Of a stretch of 64,000 nt of DNA, positions 9,645 to 18,560 are shown one piece after another. The notes below the pieces were generated by a model that was given only the letters and a program-made list of their open reading frames with translations, searched no databases and was not told the DNA's origin. The number at the start of each line of letters is the position of its first letter. Positions within the stretch are counted from its first letter, which is position 1. Position numbers and translations under genes: made by a program. Source of the stretch: a virus. The DNA lies in IMG/VR virus record IMGVR_UViG_3300033405_000004, positions 32,001 through 96,000 of that record. One strand, written 5' to 3'.

Positions 9645-10646
9645 ATGATAAACGAACAGCCTCTGGTGGTCTGCTACGGCGCGGGAAGGGACAGCACGGC
9701 GATGCTCGTGGGTCTCCGTCAGCGGGGCATCCGGCCCGACCTGATCCTGTTCGCCGACGTCGGCGCCGAGCGCCAGCCGACCTACGACTACCTCCCCGTG
9801 ATGAACGCGTGGCTGCGCTCCGCCGGGTTCCCGGAGGTCACCGTCGTCCGCTACGAGCCGTCCAACTTCAAGCACTGGCCGCACTACCACACCATCGAGG
9901 AGAACATCCTCACCAACGTCAGCCTGCCCAGCATCGCCTACGGCGGCCACTCCTGCTCCAGCAAGTGGAAGATCACCCCGCAGTTGAAGTACGTGGCCAA
10001 GTGGCAGCCCGCCCTCGACGCGTGGGCCAGGGGCCTCAAGGTGGTCAAGGCCGTCGGGTTCGAGGACTCCCCGCACGAGCACCAGCGGGCCGAGCGGGGC
10101 TGCGCCACCTTCGCCGTCAGCGACCTCGAAAAGACCAAGTACCAGCTTTGGTTCCCCCTGCAGGAGTGGGGTTGGAACCTGGAGCGCTGCATCGAGGAGA
10201 TCGCCAAGGCCGGCCTGCCGGTGCCCCCGAAGTCGTCCTGCTACTTCTGCACCGCCATGAAGCCGTGGGAGGTCGACGAGCTCGCGAGGATCGACCCCGA
10301 CAAGCTGCGCCGCGTCGTCATCGTCGAGGCCCGCACCGCGCAGCGGCACCTGCAGTTCGCCGAGGCTAAGGGCTGGCCGCGGGGCGTCGGCGTCCCGCTG
10401 ACCGAGGGCATCTGGCGCAGGCGCGTCAAGGGCATGCGCGGTTCGACCCCGCACCCCGGCTCCATGACCGAGTACATCCGCGAGAAGGGCTTCCTGCCCG
10501 GCGCCGAGATCGACGCCTTGGTCGCCGCCACCCCCACCTGCTACTTCACCGCCGAGGACTTCGCCCGCGACGGCGTGCAGGGCTGGAAGGACTGGATCGT
10601 CCGCGTGATCGTGAAGGCGCAGGCCGCGATCGCCAAGGCCGCGTGA
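9645..10646 (+). CDS. PAPS-reductase-like (PP-loop, Cys-rich) protein
   Basis: CYGAGRDSTAM PP-loop, LFADVGAE, SCSSKWKITP, PPKSSCYFC. Confidence 0.8.
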   Translation: MINEQPLVVCYGAGRDSTAMLVGLRQRGIRPDLILFADVGAERQPTYDYLPVMNAWLRSAGFPEVTVVRYEPSNFKHWPHYHTIEENILTNVSLPSIAYGGHSCSSKWKITPQLKYVAKWQPALDAWARGLKVVKAVGFEDSPHEHQRAERGCATFAVSDLEKTKYQLWFPLQEWGWNLERCIEEIAKAGLPVPPKSSCYFCTAMKPWEVDELARIDPDKLRRVVIVEARTAQRHLQFAEAKGWPRGVGVPLTEGIWRRRVKGMRGSTPHPGSMTEYIREKGFLPGAEIDALVAATPTCYFTAEDFARDGVQGWKDWIVRVIVKAQAAIAKAA

Positions 10647-11014
10647 GTGCGCCTGCCCCCATCTGCCCCGGATGCGGCGGCCCCCGTCTCGAACCTGTCG
10701 CCGAGAGGGAGCCTCTGGCCTCGGTCTACCTTTGCCGCGACTGCGGGTGGCGGGGCCGGCTGTGCGCCCTGTGCCTGGCCGGCTGGGCGAACTCGCGCCA
10801 CCATCTCGTCCCGCACAGCCGGGGCGGGCGCGGCACCCGGCCGTTCTGCACCCCCTGCCACCGCATGGTTCACGCCACGTTCTCCGAGAAGCAGCTCGAA
10901 CGCGAGCTCCACACGGTCGAGCTGCTGCGGGCGCACCCGGTGATCCGGGCCTTTCTGGCGTGGCGCCGCGAGCGCCCCGGGCAGGACGTGGCGGTGCGCC
11001 GCGGGCGGAAGTGA
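10643..11014 (+). CDS. HNH-family protein
   Basis: CxxC...HHLVPHSRGG...CxxCHRMVH. Confidence 0.75.
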   Translation: MSAPAPICPGCGGPRLEPVAEREPLASVYLCRDCGWRGRLCALCLAGWANSRHHLVPHSRGGRGTRPFCTPCHRMVHATFSEKQLERELHTVELLRAHPVIRAFLAWRRERPGQDVAVRRGRK

Positions 11015-11123
11015 AAAATCGTGTCAAGCGGAATCTTCTCAGAGCGGGGCGGTCCCGCAACCCGTTGATTTCGGCCCCTCCGCGCAAAAAGTCGTAAACG
11101 CGATTTGATATAATGTGCGCACT

Positions 11124-11336
11124 ATGCAGAAGATATATCCAACCGAAGCCGAGGCCCGCGAAGCCGCCAGGAAGCTCGGAGGCGTGCGGGTCCAGATAGT
11201 CGAGAGCAAGCGCGAGGGGTACCGCGACACGGGCCCCTGGGTGTTCTACCTGGAGACCGACGAGGGCAGCAGATACTCGTCGTTCGTCCGGGCGTGGGAG
11301 CGGCTGGTCTACTCGGGCAGGGGGGCCGGCGCATGA
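11124..11336 (+). CDS. Hypothetical protein
   Basis: TATAAT at 11109 upstream; ATGA overlap with next gene. Confidence 0.6.
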   Translation: MQKIYPTEAEAREAARKLGGVRVQIVESKREGYRDTGPWVFYLETDEGSRYSSFVRAWERLVYSGRGAGA

Positions 11337-11536
11337 GCGAGCGCACCCGCCTCCTCATCAACCGGGCGGCCGTCCGGGACAAGGCCCTGGCCGTCCTCGC
11401 CTCCAGGCGGGCGCACCTCGCCGCCAAGATGACCCGCGTCGGTGCCCAGTTCTACGTCGACGCCGAGGCCGCGCTCGTCCGGTTCATCGAGGCCCGGATC
11501 GAGTCGATGCCCAGTGCCGGGAAGACGATCCGGTAG
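11333..11536 (+). CDS. Histone-fold-like small basic protein
   Basis: LLINRAAVR..AL...TRVGAQFY...L..FI...I....GKTIR fits the alpha1-L1-alpha2-L2 histone-fold pattern with truncated alpha3. Confidence 0.6.
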   Translation: MSERTRLLINRAAVRDKALAVLASRRAHLAAKMTRVGAQFYVDAEAALVRFIEARIESMPSAGKTIR

Positions 11537-11537
11537 C

Positions 11538-11888
11538 TCAGTCGAAACCCGGAGTCTGCTCGACTATCCTCTCGATCTGACTCTTTTCCTCGCTGGTGAG
11601 CTCGCGGGCGGCGTTGGCGTCGTCGTCGCCCCAGAAAATCGAGATGTAGTTGTACCCGTCGTAGCCGGGGACCACTTGGACGCCGTACCTCACCCAGCGC
11701 CGTACCCTGCTCCCCTTGCGGAGGTGGTCGGCGAAGTCGGACTCGGTTTCGGAGACGGAATCGTACTTCTCGTAGTTGGACGCGTCGCCCCAGCGGACCC
11801 AGACCCATTTCGCCATGGCTTTCGCGACGGCCGAGCCCGCCGAGGTGGTCATGGGGAGGATCGCTTCGAGGATTTGCTTGGCGCGCAT
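11538..11888 (-). CDS. Putative capsid-internal protein (leader MRAKQILE)
   Basis: TAATTAG motif 3 nt upstream; shared leader. Confidence 0.65.
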   Translation of the reverse strand: MRAKQILEAILPMTTSAGSAVAKAMAKWVWVRWGDASNYEKYDSVSETESDFADHLRKGSRVRRWVRYGVQVVPGYDGYNYISIFWGDDDANAARELTSEEKSQIERIVEQTPGFD

Positions 11889-11895
11889 GGCCTAA

Positions 11896-12330
11896 TTAGG
11901 ATTCGTCCCCGCGCTCCCATTTGTTGCAGCAGCCGTCGCGGTAGATGGTGCCCCCGACCTCGCTGCAGGAGCCGGTCTCGCCTTCCCCGCCCCCGCCGTA
12001 GTACTTGCAGTTGGCGCACCGGGTCGGGCCGTCCTCGGCGTAGCCGGCCTGCTCCTTGGGGATGAGCTGGAGCGGCCTGCTGCCCTCTTGGGCGATCACG
12101 GCGCGGCCCCCGGTGGCCCCGAGGAACAGGGCGCAGACCCCGCGCCTGGCGTCGCAGGCGGGCGGGCTGGTGAGCATGCACTCGCCCCCGTGGAAGAAGA
12201 TGCAGGCGCCGCAGTGGCACCCGGCCGGGTCGCCGATCTGCTCCGGCTTGAGGTACACGACGACCTCCGGGCGGAGCTTGCCGCCCTCCACCTCGTGCTC
12301 GTCGAGCAGCCGCTGGACGGCCCGGTTCAT
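11896..12330 (-). CDS. Tandem HiPIP-like Cys-motif protein
   Basis: Two CxxCx[FY][FY]...C...GxCxx[FW] units. Confidence 0.6.
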   Translation of the reverse strand: MNRAVQRLLDEHEVEGGKLRPEVVVYLKPEQIGDPAGCHCGACIFFHGGECMLTSPPACDARRGVCALFLGATGGRAVIAQEGSRPLQLIPKEQAGYAEDGPTRCANCKYYGGGGEGETGSCSEVGGTIYRDGCCNKWERGDES

Positions 12331-12339
12331 GCGAGGAAC

Positions 12340-12582
12340 TTACCAATTTGAGCCAGGCGGCGAGGGTTCCTCCTCAAGATACGGTTCACGTTTGAGGATA
12401 GCGCATGCCTTCATGTAGGCGTCACCTAAGTCGGTCCATTCGCGGTCTCCGACAGGTGCGTAAAAGCCATCTGGATTTTTCGCCACGCCGCCCGCCGCCT
12501 CAATCGTCTCGATAAAGTCGAGCAAAGCAGCTTCCACAGTACCAAAAGGCTTCTGAGGCTGGGTGTCCTCGGTGATCTCCAC
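12340..12582 (-). CDS. Hypothetical protein
   Basis: ORF in the gene string; start uncertain. Confidence 0.55.
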   Translation of the reverse strand: MEITEDTQPQKPFGTVEAALLDFIETIEAAGGVAKNPDGFYAPVGDREWTDLGDAYMKACAILKREPYLEEEPSPPGSNW

Positions 12583-12600
12583 GAGAATCTGTTTGGTGCC

Positions 12601-13026
12601 CTAACTACCGGTCAGATAGTTTATGGCTGATCGCAGGTTCTTCACTGAGTCTTCGAAGAGGCCCAGGCCTCGATTACAACCGCCGCATAACAGTCCCCTG
12701 ATCTTTCCGCTGTCGTGGTCGTGATCCAAGTGGGACGCCTTTTTGACGCGACAGATGGCGCACAGGCCATCCTGTCTGTCGTATAGCTTTTCGAACTCTT
12801 CCTGTGTGATTCCGTAGAGGTATCTTCTGCGTATGGCGGCCATCTTTTCTGGATGCTTTTCCCGCCATTTTCGGTTGTTGTAAAGCTTGTGCTGGGGGTC
12901 GCTAGACACCCTGCTTTGGTTCGCGCACGCCCTGCTGCACGACTTGCGCCTTTTGGCCTGGGACGGCGGCACTTTGAACGGCTTGCCGCAGTTGCTGCAA
13001 ATTAGTTCAATCTGTCGGTTCCTCAT
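12601..13026 (-). CDS. Endonuclease VII-like (probably homing) nuclease with N-terminal Zn finger
   Basis: YGIT...QDGLCAIC...LDHDHDSGKIRGLLCGGCNRGLG; lower GC. Confidence 0.88.
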   Translation of the reverse strand: MRNRQIELICSNCGKPFKVPPSQAKRRKSCSRACANQSRVSSDPQHKLYNNRKWREKHPEKMAAIRRRYLYGITQEEFEKLYDRQDGLCAICRVKKASHLDHDHDSGKIRGLLCGGCNRGLGLFEDSVKNLRSAINYLTGS

Positions 13027-13375
13027 AGCCTTTCACCAGGCTCTCGACGAGTATGCCTGTGTTCGTGATCACTTGCTTAGCTCGGTCGTCGTAAAGGCAA
13101 ACCATCTCCATGTCCTTCTCCCAGGTGATCGGAAGCTCCCGGCCGAAGTGCTCGATGCACCAGGCCCTGACCGCCGGCACCGCCGCCGGGGCGTCCGGGT
13201 TGGTCGGGTTGGAGCGGGCGGTGAAAATCCGCACGTCCACGCCCTGCGCCAGCCATCTCCTGACGCGCTCCGCCATCGCGGGCACCGGCTCGCCGATGTG
13301 GGTGGGCCCCTTCCAGCCCGTGTAGAGGGCCAGGGTGCCGTCGAGGTCGACGCCGATCCAGCCTTGGTGTGCCAT
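13007..13375 (-). CDS. HAD-family phosphatase-like protein
   Basis: IGVDLDGTLA, IFTAR, K...LYDDRA. Confidence 0.85.
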   Translation of the reverse strand: MAHQGWIGVDLDGTLALYTGWKGPTHIGEPVPAMAERVRRWLAQGVDVRIFTARSNPTNPDAPAAVPAVRAWCIEHFGRELPITWEKDMEMVCLYDDRAKQVITNTGILVESLVKGYEEPTD

Positions 13376-13382
13376 GCGCTAA

Positions 13383-13721
13383 CTAGGGTGCCCGCTTGCG
13401 AGGCGGCTGGGGTGTCTCCTCTTCCCCGTAGCCCTGCGGCGGGGGCGGAGGGGGCGCGCGCAGCGACTCCAGCTTGCGCACCGCCGTCTCGACCTGCCTC
13501 TCGCGGTAGTCGGCCACGGCCAGGTCGTACAGGACGGTGTGCAGCGTCTCCAGCGCGCCCTTGGCCTGCTGGTAGGGCACGGGCGGCGTCTCGCCCATCG
13601 CGACCGGGCCCATCCCGTGCTTCGTGAGGAAGTCGTTCACCGGGGACAGCAGCTTGTCGACGTCGAGGCGGCATTGCCCCTCGGCGATGCCGACCAGCCG
13701 CTCCTCTATGCTTTTCATCAT
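13383..13721 (-). CDS. Hypothetical protein
   Basis: Starts MMKSIEERL, overlapping the upstream stop. Confidence 0.6.
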   Translation of the reverse strand: MMKSIEERLVGIAEGQCRLDVDKLLSPVNDFLTKHGMGPVAMGETPPVPYQQAKGALETLHTVLYDLAVADYRERQVETAVRKLESLRAPPPPPPQGYGEEETPQPPRKRAP

Positions 13722-13972
13722 GTTGGTTCCGCCAGCTCCGTGGCTGGCCTCCGTTGGGCTTCGGTTTGCGTTTCGAGGAAGTTGGCGATGTCGCGCAGGC
13801 AGTCCTTCTCGAAAAGGGTGCCTGGCTCGGGGAAGAAGGAGTAGCGGCGCCAGGCCCCGTGCCACCGCACGCTGCCGAGCGGGGGGCCGCCGTCCTTCGC
13901 GTGGACGCTCCAGACCTTGGTCTTCCCGCTGGGGGAGGTGGCCGTCTGCGTGAACTCGATCCACTTGGCCAC
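13718..13972 (-). CDS. Hypothetical phage protein
   Basis: GKTKVW...LGSVRWHGAWRRYSFFP...FEKDCLRDIA. Confidence 0.7.
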   Translation of the reverse strand: MAKWIEFTQTATSPSGKTKVWSVHAKDGGPPLGSVRWHGAWRRYSFFPEPGTLFEKDCLRDIANFLETQTEAQRRPATELAEPT

Positions 13973-13973
13973 G

Positions 13974-14525
13974 TCAGCCCCCTTCTAGGTGCGTCAAGAC
14001 GCAGGACAGCGCGTCGGCCACCGCGTAGCAGTCGTCGAGGTCGGGCTCCGTCGCCTTCGTCTTCTTCATTGGCCACCCGGCGAAGTCAGGCCAGGCCTTC
14101 TTCACCGCCGCCAGCACGTCGTCCTTCTCCGCGTCGGGGGCGCCCGCGCTGCCCCGCTTGTTCTCGGCCGGCGAGATGTACCGGGCCGGGACCCCGAGCC
14201 GGTGGAGCGTGACCACCGTCGTGGCGGCGCCGAGCGCCATGCCCTTGATGGCCGCGGCGTCCCTCGCCCCGGCCGACGGGAGCTCCACGATCGCCAGGTC
14301 CGGCTTGTGCGCCCGGACCAGCTTCTCGATCTCGTCGCTTATCCTCACGCAGCGGCGCGCGTCGTCGTCGGATTTGTAAACATCCTTCTTGTCGCGCTGC
14401 TTCTCGGTGAGGCCCTTGGTGTGGAAGCAACTTCCGTGCAGCACCTTGTCGTGCCCGTCGCCGGCGTCGACCACCGCGAAGCCGGGGGCCGCGAACCCGC
14501 TGTCTATGCCTAGGTAAATCGCCAT
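13974..14525 (-). CDS. ruvC: Holliday junction resolvase RuvC-like
   Basis: YLGIDSG, AIVE, K...G...AEKDDV, VADAL. Confidence 0.85.
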   Translation of the reverse strand: MAIYLGIDSGFAAPGFAVVDAGDGHDKVLHGSCFHTKGLTEKQRDKKDVYKSDDDARRCVRISDEIEKLVRAHKPDLAIVELPSAGARDAAAIKGMALGAATTVVTLHRLGVPARYISPAENKRGSAGAPDAEKDDVLAAVKKAWPDFAGWPMKKTKATEPDLDDCYAVADALSCVLTHLEGG

Positions 14526-14599
14526 GCGAGGTCAGAACAGATTTCCTCCCGGCCGCGCCGGCTTTTTTGTTCTTAGTCCACAGCAACCATTTATTCCCA

Positions 14600-15622
14600 G
14601 TGAGCTCACCAACTGCTGACACCAACGCCAACGTCGCCGCCCCGGCGACCACCAACACCGTCGGGTTCTTCAACCCGAACGACCACCCCGTCTCGCTGCA
14701 CTCCTCCAAGCTCGGCCTCGCGAACCTCATTGTCCAGCCCAACAAGTTCATCACGGACGAGAGGGGGAACCAGATCAACGACCCGGCGCTGGAGGCCTTC
14801 GTCGGCCCCCACATGCTGGCGAAGCAGATCTCGGACGAGCCGGTGCCCGTGATCAGCTTCCGTATGCGCCCGCCCGGCGCGCCCGCCCCCATGGGCGCTC
14901 CCGGCTTCTCCGGCAGCCGCCAGGTCCCGGCCTCGATGAGGCCCGGCGGCGAGGCCGCCGCCCACCCCGCGCCGAGGGCGCCGCTCCCCCCGAGGCCGCG
15001 CCCGCCCACCGCCCGGATCGCCGGTCAGCCGGTCGTCCCCGTGGCGCCGCAGGCGGGCTACTCGCCCGTCGCCGGCATGACGATGGCCGAGGCCCGCGCC
15101 CGCGGCCTCGTGGCCCCGAACATCATCCCGGCCCCGGAGGGGATCGAGGACGTCCCCGGCAGGGACGTGGGGAAGGCCGCGCCCTACATCGGCATCGCCA
15201 GGGACGCCGGGGTCAAGCGCCAGCCCCCGCCGGCCGCCAGGATGAACCCGCCGCCCCCCGTGCCCCCGGCCGTGATGAAGAAGGGTGGCATCGCCGAGCG
15301 CCTCGCCAAGGCCGCGGCGAGGAAGGTCCCCGACGTTGTAATCGACCCGGTCATGGAGGAGGCTACCGCCCGGGCCGCCGCGCCGGAGGAGGCCGCCCCG
15401 CCCGTCGAGGAGGCCACACCCCCCGTGGAGCGGCCGCTCCCGGAGCCCAGGCTCCCGCCCGCGCCCGTCGGCGAATCCCCGCCGCAGGCCGCCGGGACCG
15501 AGAAGTTCGTGTGCGTCGCCTGCGGCAGGGCCTTCGGCACCAGGAACCATCTCCAGCAGCACGCGAAGGGGAAGCACCCGGCCCAGCTCGGCGCCGTCAT
15601 GGCGCCCTACCCCAAGGGGTAG
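14600..15622 (+). CDS. Pro/Ala-rich protein with C-terminal C2H2 zinc finger
   Basis: FVCVACGRAFGTRNHLQQHAKGKH; start uncertain. Confidence 0.7.
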   Translation: MSSPTADTNANVAAPATTNTVGFFNPNDHPVSLHSSKLGLANLIVQPNKFITDERGNQINDPALEAFVGPHMLAKQISDEPVPVISFRMRPPGAPAPMGAPGFSGSRQVPASMRPGGEAAAHPAPRAPLPPRPRPPTARIAGQPVVPVAPQAGYSPVAGMTMAEARARGLVAPNIIPAPEGIEDVPGRDVGKAAPYIGIARDAGVKRQPPPAARMNPPPPVPPAVMKKGGIAERLAKAAARKVPDVVIDPVMEEATARAAAPEEAAPPVEEATPPVERPLPEPRLPPAPVGESPPQAAGTEKFVCVACGRAFGTRNHLQQHAKGKHPAQLGAVMAPYPKG

Positions 15623-15629
15623 TTAGGGC

Positions 15630-16418
15630 ATGCCCGCCCCGTCCACCCAGCCGCTGGTTCCCGTCCCCCAGGCCGACCACCAGGTAACGACCAGCGCCCA
15701 GTCCACCAGCACGCTCCCGGCCTACGGGTACACGATCGACCAGCTGTCCTCGTACATCAAGCGGTCGCTCGGCCAGCCCACGATGATCGTGGAACTGCCC
15801 CAGCAGAACATCCTCGACGCCATCCAGGACGCGCTCGTGCTCTACAGCACCTGGCGCCCCGTCCTGCGCTACGGCGCCATCCAGCTCCAGCGCGGCCAGT
15901 TCCAATACCTCGTGGGCGTCGACATGGGCCAGGGGCCGATCCGCGTCGACTTCGTCCAGCCCAACCCCGTCCCCGCCGAGCTGTTCTGGGGCAACCTCAT
16001 CGACCCGGCCCCGCTCCTGCGCAACGGCCTCGACGAGCTCGACAGCTTCCTGCGGTGGATGAAGGTCTGGATGCGCGTCACCTCGATCCAGCCCAACTGG
16101 ACCTACGACTTCGCCAACAAGCAGCTCCTCATCTGGAACCCGCTCGACCGCTACCAGGCCGGCCTCCAGTGGTACCAGCCCTACTCCGACACGAAGGGGC
16201 TGGACCAGTTCGGGGCCAAGTGGGTCAAGGACTACGCCTTCCAGAAGGCCCGCCACCAGTACGCCGAGATCCTCAGCAAGTACTCCGGGGCCATCCCCGG
16301 CCCGCTGCAGAACCTCCAGTTCGACCAGCAGCGCCGCGACAAGGCCGAGGCCAAGCTCAAGGAGCTGGAGGAGCACCTCCAGGCGGCGCAGATCTTCGCC
16401 CCGCTGGACATCGACTGA
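15630..16418 (+). CDS. Neck/head-completion protein (T4 gp13-like)
   Basis: YIKRSLGQP..IVEL...I.DAI.DAL and WVKDYA..KA......SKYSG.IPG patterns. Confidence 0.75.
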   Translation: MPAPSTQPLVPVPQADHQVTTSAQSTSTLPAYGYTIDQLSSYIKRSLGQPTMIVELPQQNILDAIQDALVLYSTWRPVLRYGAIQLQRGQFQYLVGVDMGQGPIRVDFVQPNPVPAELFWGNLIDPAPLLRNGLDELDSFLRWMKVWMRVTSIQPNWTYDFANKQLLIWNPLDRYQAGLQWYQPYSDTKGLDQFGAKWVKDYAFQKARHQYAEILSKYSGAIPGPLQNLQFDQQRRDKAEAKLKELEEHLQAAQIFAPLDID

Positions 16419-16651
16419 TGAACGCAAAACAGCATCTTGACAGGCTTTTGGAGGGGCTTGAGCCGGCTTCCGCAGTCGACCGGCAACTGTGCCCCGTCTG
16501 CGGGGAGCGATATGTCTCTACATGCCGCTGCAGCAGCAACGTGAAGCATACCGTGGAGAGCTTGAGGAACGGGCACGGTGCTCGTTGCCCCAACGGGCAC
16601 CGGTGGAGTTACCAGACTGAAGATGGCCGAGTGGTGGTTTTGAAAAGCTAG
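16418..16651 (+). CDS. Small Zn-finger protein (leader MNAKQHLDRLLE)
   Basis: CPVCG...CRC...CPNGH; lower GC. Confidence 0.65.
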   Translation: MNAKQHLDRLLEGLEPASAVDRQLCPVCGERYVSTCRCSSNVKHTVESLRNGHGARCPNGHRWSYQTEDGRVVVLKS

Positions 16652-16679
16652 CAACCGGCCCCTGTTTTCCTCGCGCGCG

Positions 16680-17297
16680 ATGGATGACGTTCGCACATTC
16701 TGGCTGGAGCCTACCTCGCGCGTGCGGCGCAGGCTGCGCGTGTTCCGCAGGACGTGGGGCATGCCGGAGGACGTGGCGGCCCGCGCCTGCGACTGCGACG
16801 AGTCGGCCCCGCTCGACGAGGTGGACGACGGCCCGGAGCACGCCATCCGCTCGGTGGAGCCGATGCCCGGCCACCCGAAGGCGTGCCCGAAGTGTGGCCG
16901 CGTCTTCACGCCGGCCGAGGACGAGTTCCAGATCTTCTGCGAGACGCTGTACCGCCGCGCGGACACCGGGGAGATCCTGGGCCTGCGTGACGCCCCGCCC
17001 GGGGCCTCCTGGGACGCCGTCTGGTACCACGACATCCCCGAGTGGTGCGGGCTGGATGGCCGGGCCGTCATCGTCAAGTGCCCCGACGGGCACGACTGGC
17101 ACGTCGACGGCAAGTGCAGCAACTGCACCAGGCCCGACGACAAGGTCCACAAGTGCTGGTGCCGCCACGGGGACCCCACCAAGGCGGAGCTCACGGTCGA
17201 CAAGAACGGCGACACCTGTCAGGCGGGCGCCGGCTCGATCCAGGCCCCCCACTGGCATGGCTTCCTCACCAACGGGGTGCTCAGCGAGCGCCGATGA
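16680..17297 (+). CDS. DUF6527-like protein 1 (Cys-rich)
   Basis: W.RHGDP...LTV...SI...WHGFLTNG. Confidence 0.6.
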   Translation: MDDVRTFWLEPTSRVRRRLRVFRRTWGMPEDVAARACDCDESAPLDEVDDGPEHAIRSVEPMPGHPKACPKCGRVFTPAEDEFQIFCETLYRRADTGEILGLRDAPPGASWDAVWYHDIPEWCGLDGRAVIVKCPDGHDWHVDGKCSNCTRPDDKVHKCWCRHGDPTKAELTVDKNGDTCQAGAGSIQAPHWHGFLTNGVLSERR

Positions 17298-17608
17298 ATA
17301 CCGGCTTCTACGACTGCCGCCGGAAACCCGACAACTGCGACCCCTCCGAGCTGAGGGAAATCGGGGACTTCAACTGGCGCTTCATCCCCGTCGTCGAGGA
17401 CGGCCGGGTTCAGGGGATGCAGATCGTGATGCCGACCGGCGAACAAACCTGGCTTCCTGTTGTCCGAGGCCCCGCCCCCGCGGATAGGGCGGTCTGGGGT
17501 TGGGACGGCGACCTGGACAGGCCCACGCTTGAACCTAGTATTCTCGACTCGGCCCAGGTGCCCAAGTGGCACGGCTATCTCAGGGCTGGCCGGTTGGAAA
17601 GTTGCTAG
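17294..17608 (+). CDS. DUF6527-like protein 2
   Basis: WGWDGDLDRPTLEPSIL...WHGYLRAG. Confidence 0.7.
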   Translation: MNTGFYDCRRKPDNCDPSELREIGDFNWRFIPVVEDGRVQGMQIVMPTGEQTWLPVVRGPAPADRAVWGWDGDLDRPTLEPSILDSAQVPKWHGYLRAGRLESC

Positions 17609-17932
17609 ATGAGGCTCGTCGAACTCCGCCCCCGGTGGGTCGGCCTCCACAACTGGTCGAGCCCCTCGATCTACCACGTCGGGCTCTCCTTCGACTCCCC
17701 GTGGAACCGCGCGCGCCGCCTGGCCGTCTTGTTCACGCCGGCGATCGACCCGGAGGGGCTGGCGAAAAGGCACGGCTGGGACGAGGCGGCTTTCTTCGCC
17801 GACCAGCTCAAGTGGGCCAGGGTCGGCGACACGTTCGAGACGCTCACGCTCGCGCCGTCCCTCAACTTCATGCCGCACGACTGGCACGGCAGCATCACGG
17901 GCGGCGAGGTCACCACCACCGCGCACCCTTGA
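17609..17932 (+). CDS. DUF6527-like protein 3
   Basis: WARVGDTFETLTLAPSL...WHGSITGG. Confidence 0.65.
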   Translation: MRLVELRPRWVGLHNWSSPSIYHVGLSFDSPWNRARRLAVLFTPAIDPEGLAKRHGWDEAAFFADQLKWARVGDTFETLTLAPSLNFMPHDWHGSITGGEVTTTAHP

Positions 17933-17947
17933 GAGTTCTACACCGGC

Positions 17948-18166
17948 GTGCCCACCATCCTCATCCAGACCGTCACCGTGAAGCTGAGCAACGGCGTCAC
18001 GGGCAGGTTCGTCGGCCCGGCCATCGTGGACGAGACTACCCCCAAGGAGGTTGAGGTCGTCGACGTATCCTTCTCCCCGCCGCGGCAGTCGCCCTACGAG
18101 GTCAAGATCGTAGAGCAGCCTGCCGAACCTGCTCGGCCAGATCCAAAAGCGACGGCGCCACCCTGA
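17948..18166 (+). CDS. Hypothetical protein
   Basis: GTTCT motif 13 nt upstream of GTG. Confidence 0.6.
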   Translation: MPTILIQTVTVKLSNGVTGRFVGPAIVDETTPKEVEVVDVSFSPPRQSPYEVKIVEQPAEPARPDPKATAPP

Positions 18167-18560
18167 CCTCCGGCCTCGCCAGCCCCGTCTGGATCAGCAC
18201 GTCCTGGGTGCGCTCGTAGTGGGGGTCGCAGCCGACGAAGATGGGCCTGACCCGCGAGTTCCCCCACATTCCCAGCTCGTAGAGCACGATGGGGTTCAGC
18301 GAGCCGCGGGCGAACCAGAACAGCACCATGGAGGCGCAATCCAGCCGCAGATACTCCCACTCGATCTGCGCCTTGGCCGCGTTCGGGTCGTGGATCGGGA
18401 AGTTCTTCCGCCGGGGGTTGTAGACGGTGAGGCAGGTGCCGGCCAGCAGGCCCGCCATCTCCGCCTGCCAGTCGGGGCAGCCCGTGATGCCGCCGGCGAG
18501 GAACAGGTCCGGCTCCCCCAGGGCGCCGAACGACGGGTCGGGTGCTTCGATGAGTTTCAT
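18102..18560 (-). CDS. Nucleoside 2'-deoxyribosyltransferase-like protein
   Basis: LFLAGGITGCPDWQ, VYNPRR, QIEWE, VLYELG. Confidence 0.85.
   Translation of the reverse strand: MKLIEAPDPSFGALGEPDLFLAGGITGCPDWQAEMAGLLAGTCLTVYNPRRKNFPIHDPNAAKAQIEWEYLRLDCASMVLFWFARGSLNPIVLYELGMWGNSRVRPIFVGCDPHYERTQDVLIQTGLARPEVRVAPSLLDLAEQVRQAALRS

Noticed and set aside
9645-10646. Assignment as cysH or dndC
   Set aside because: Only the PP-loop family is supported; no sulfur-assimilation or dnd partner genes nearby.
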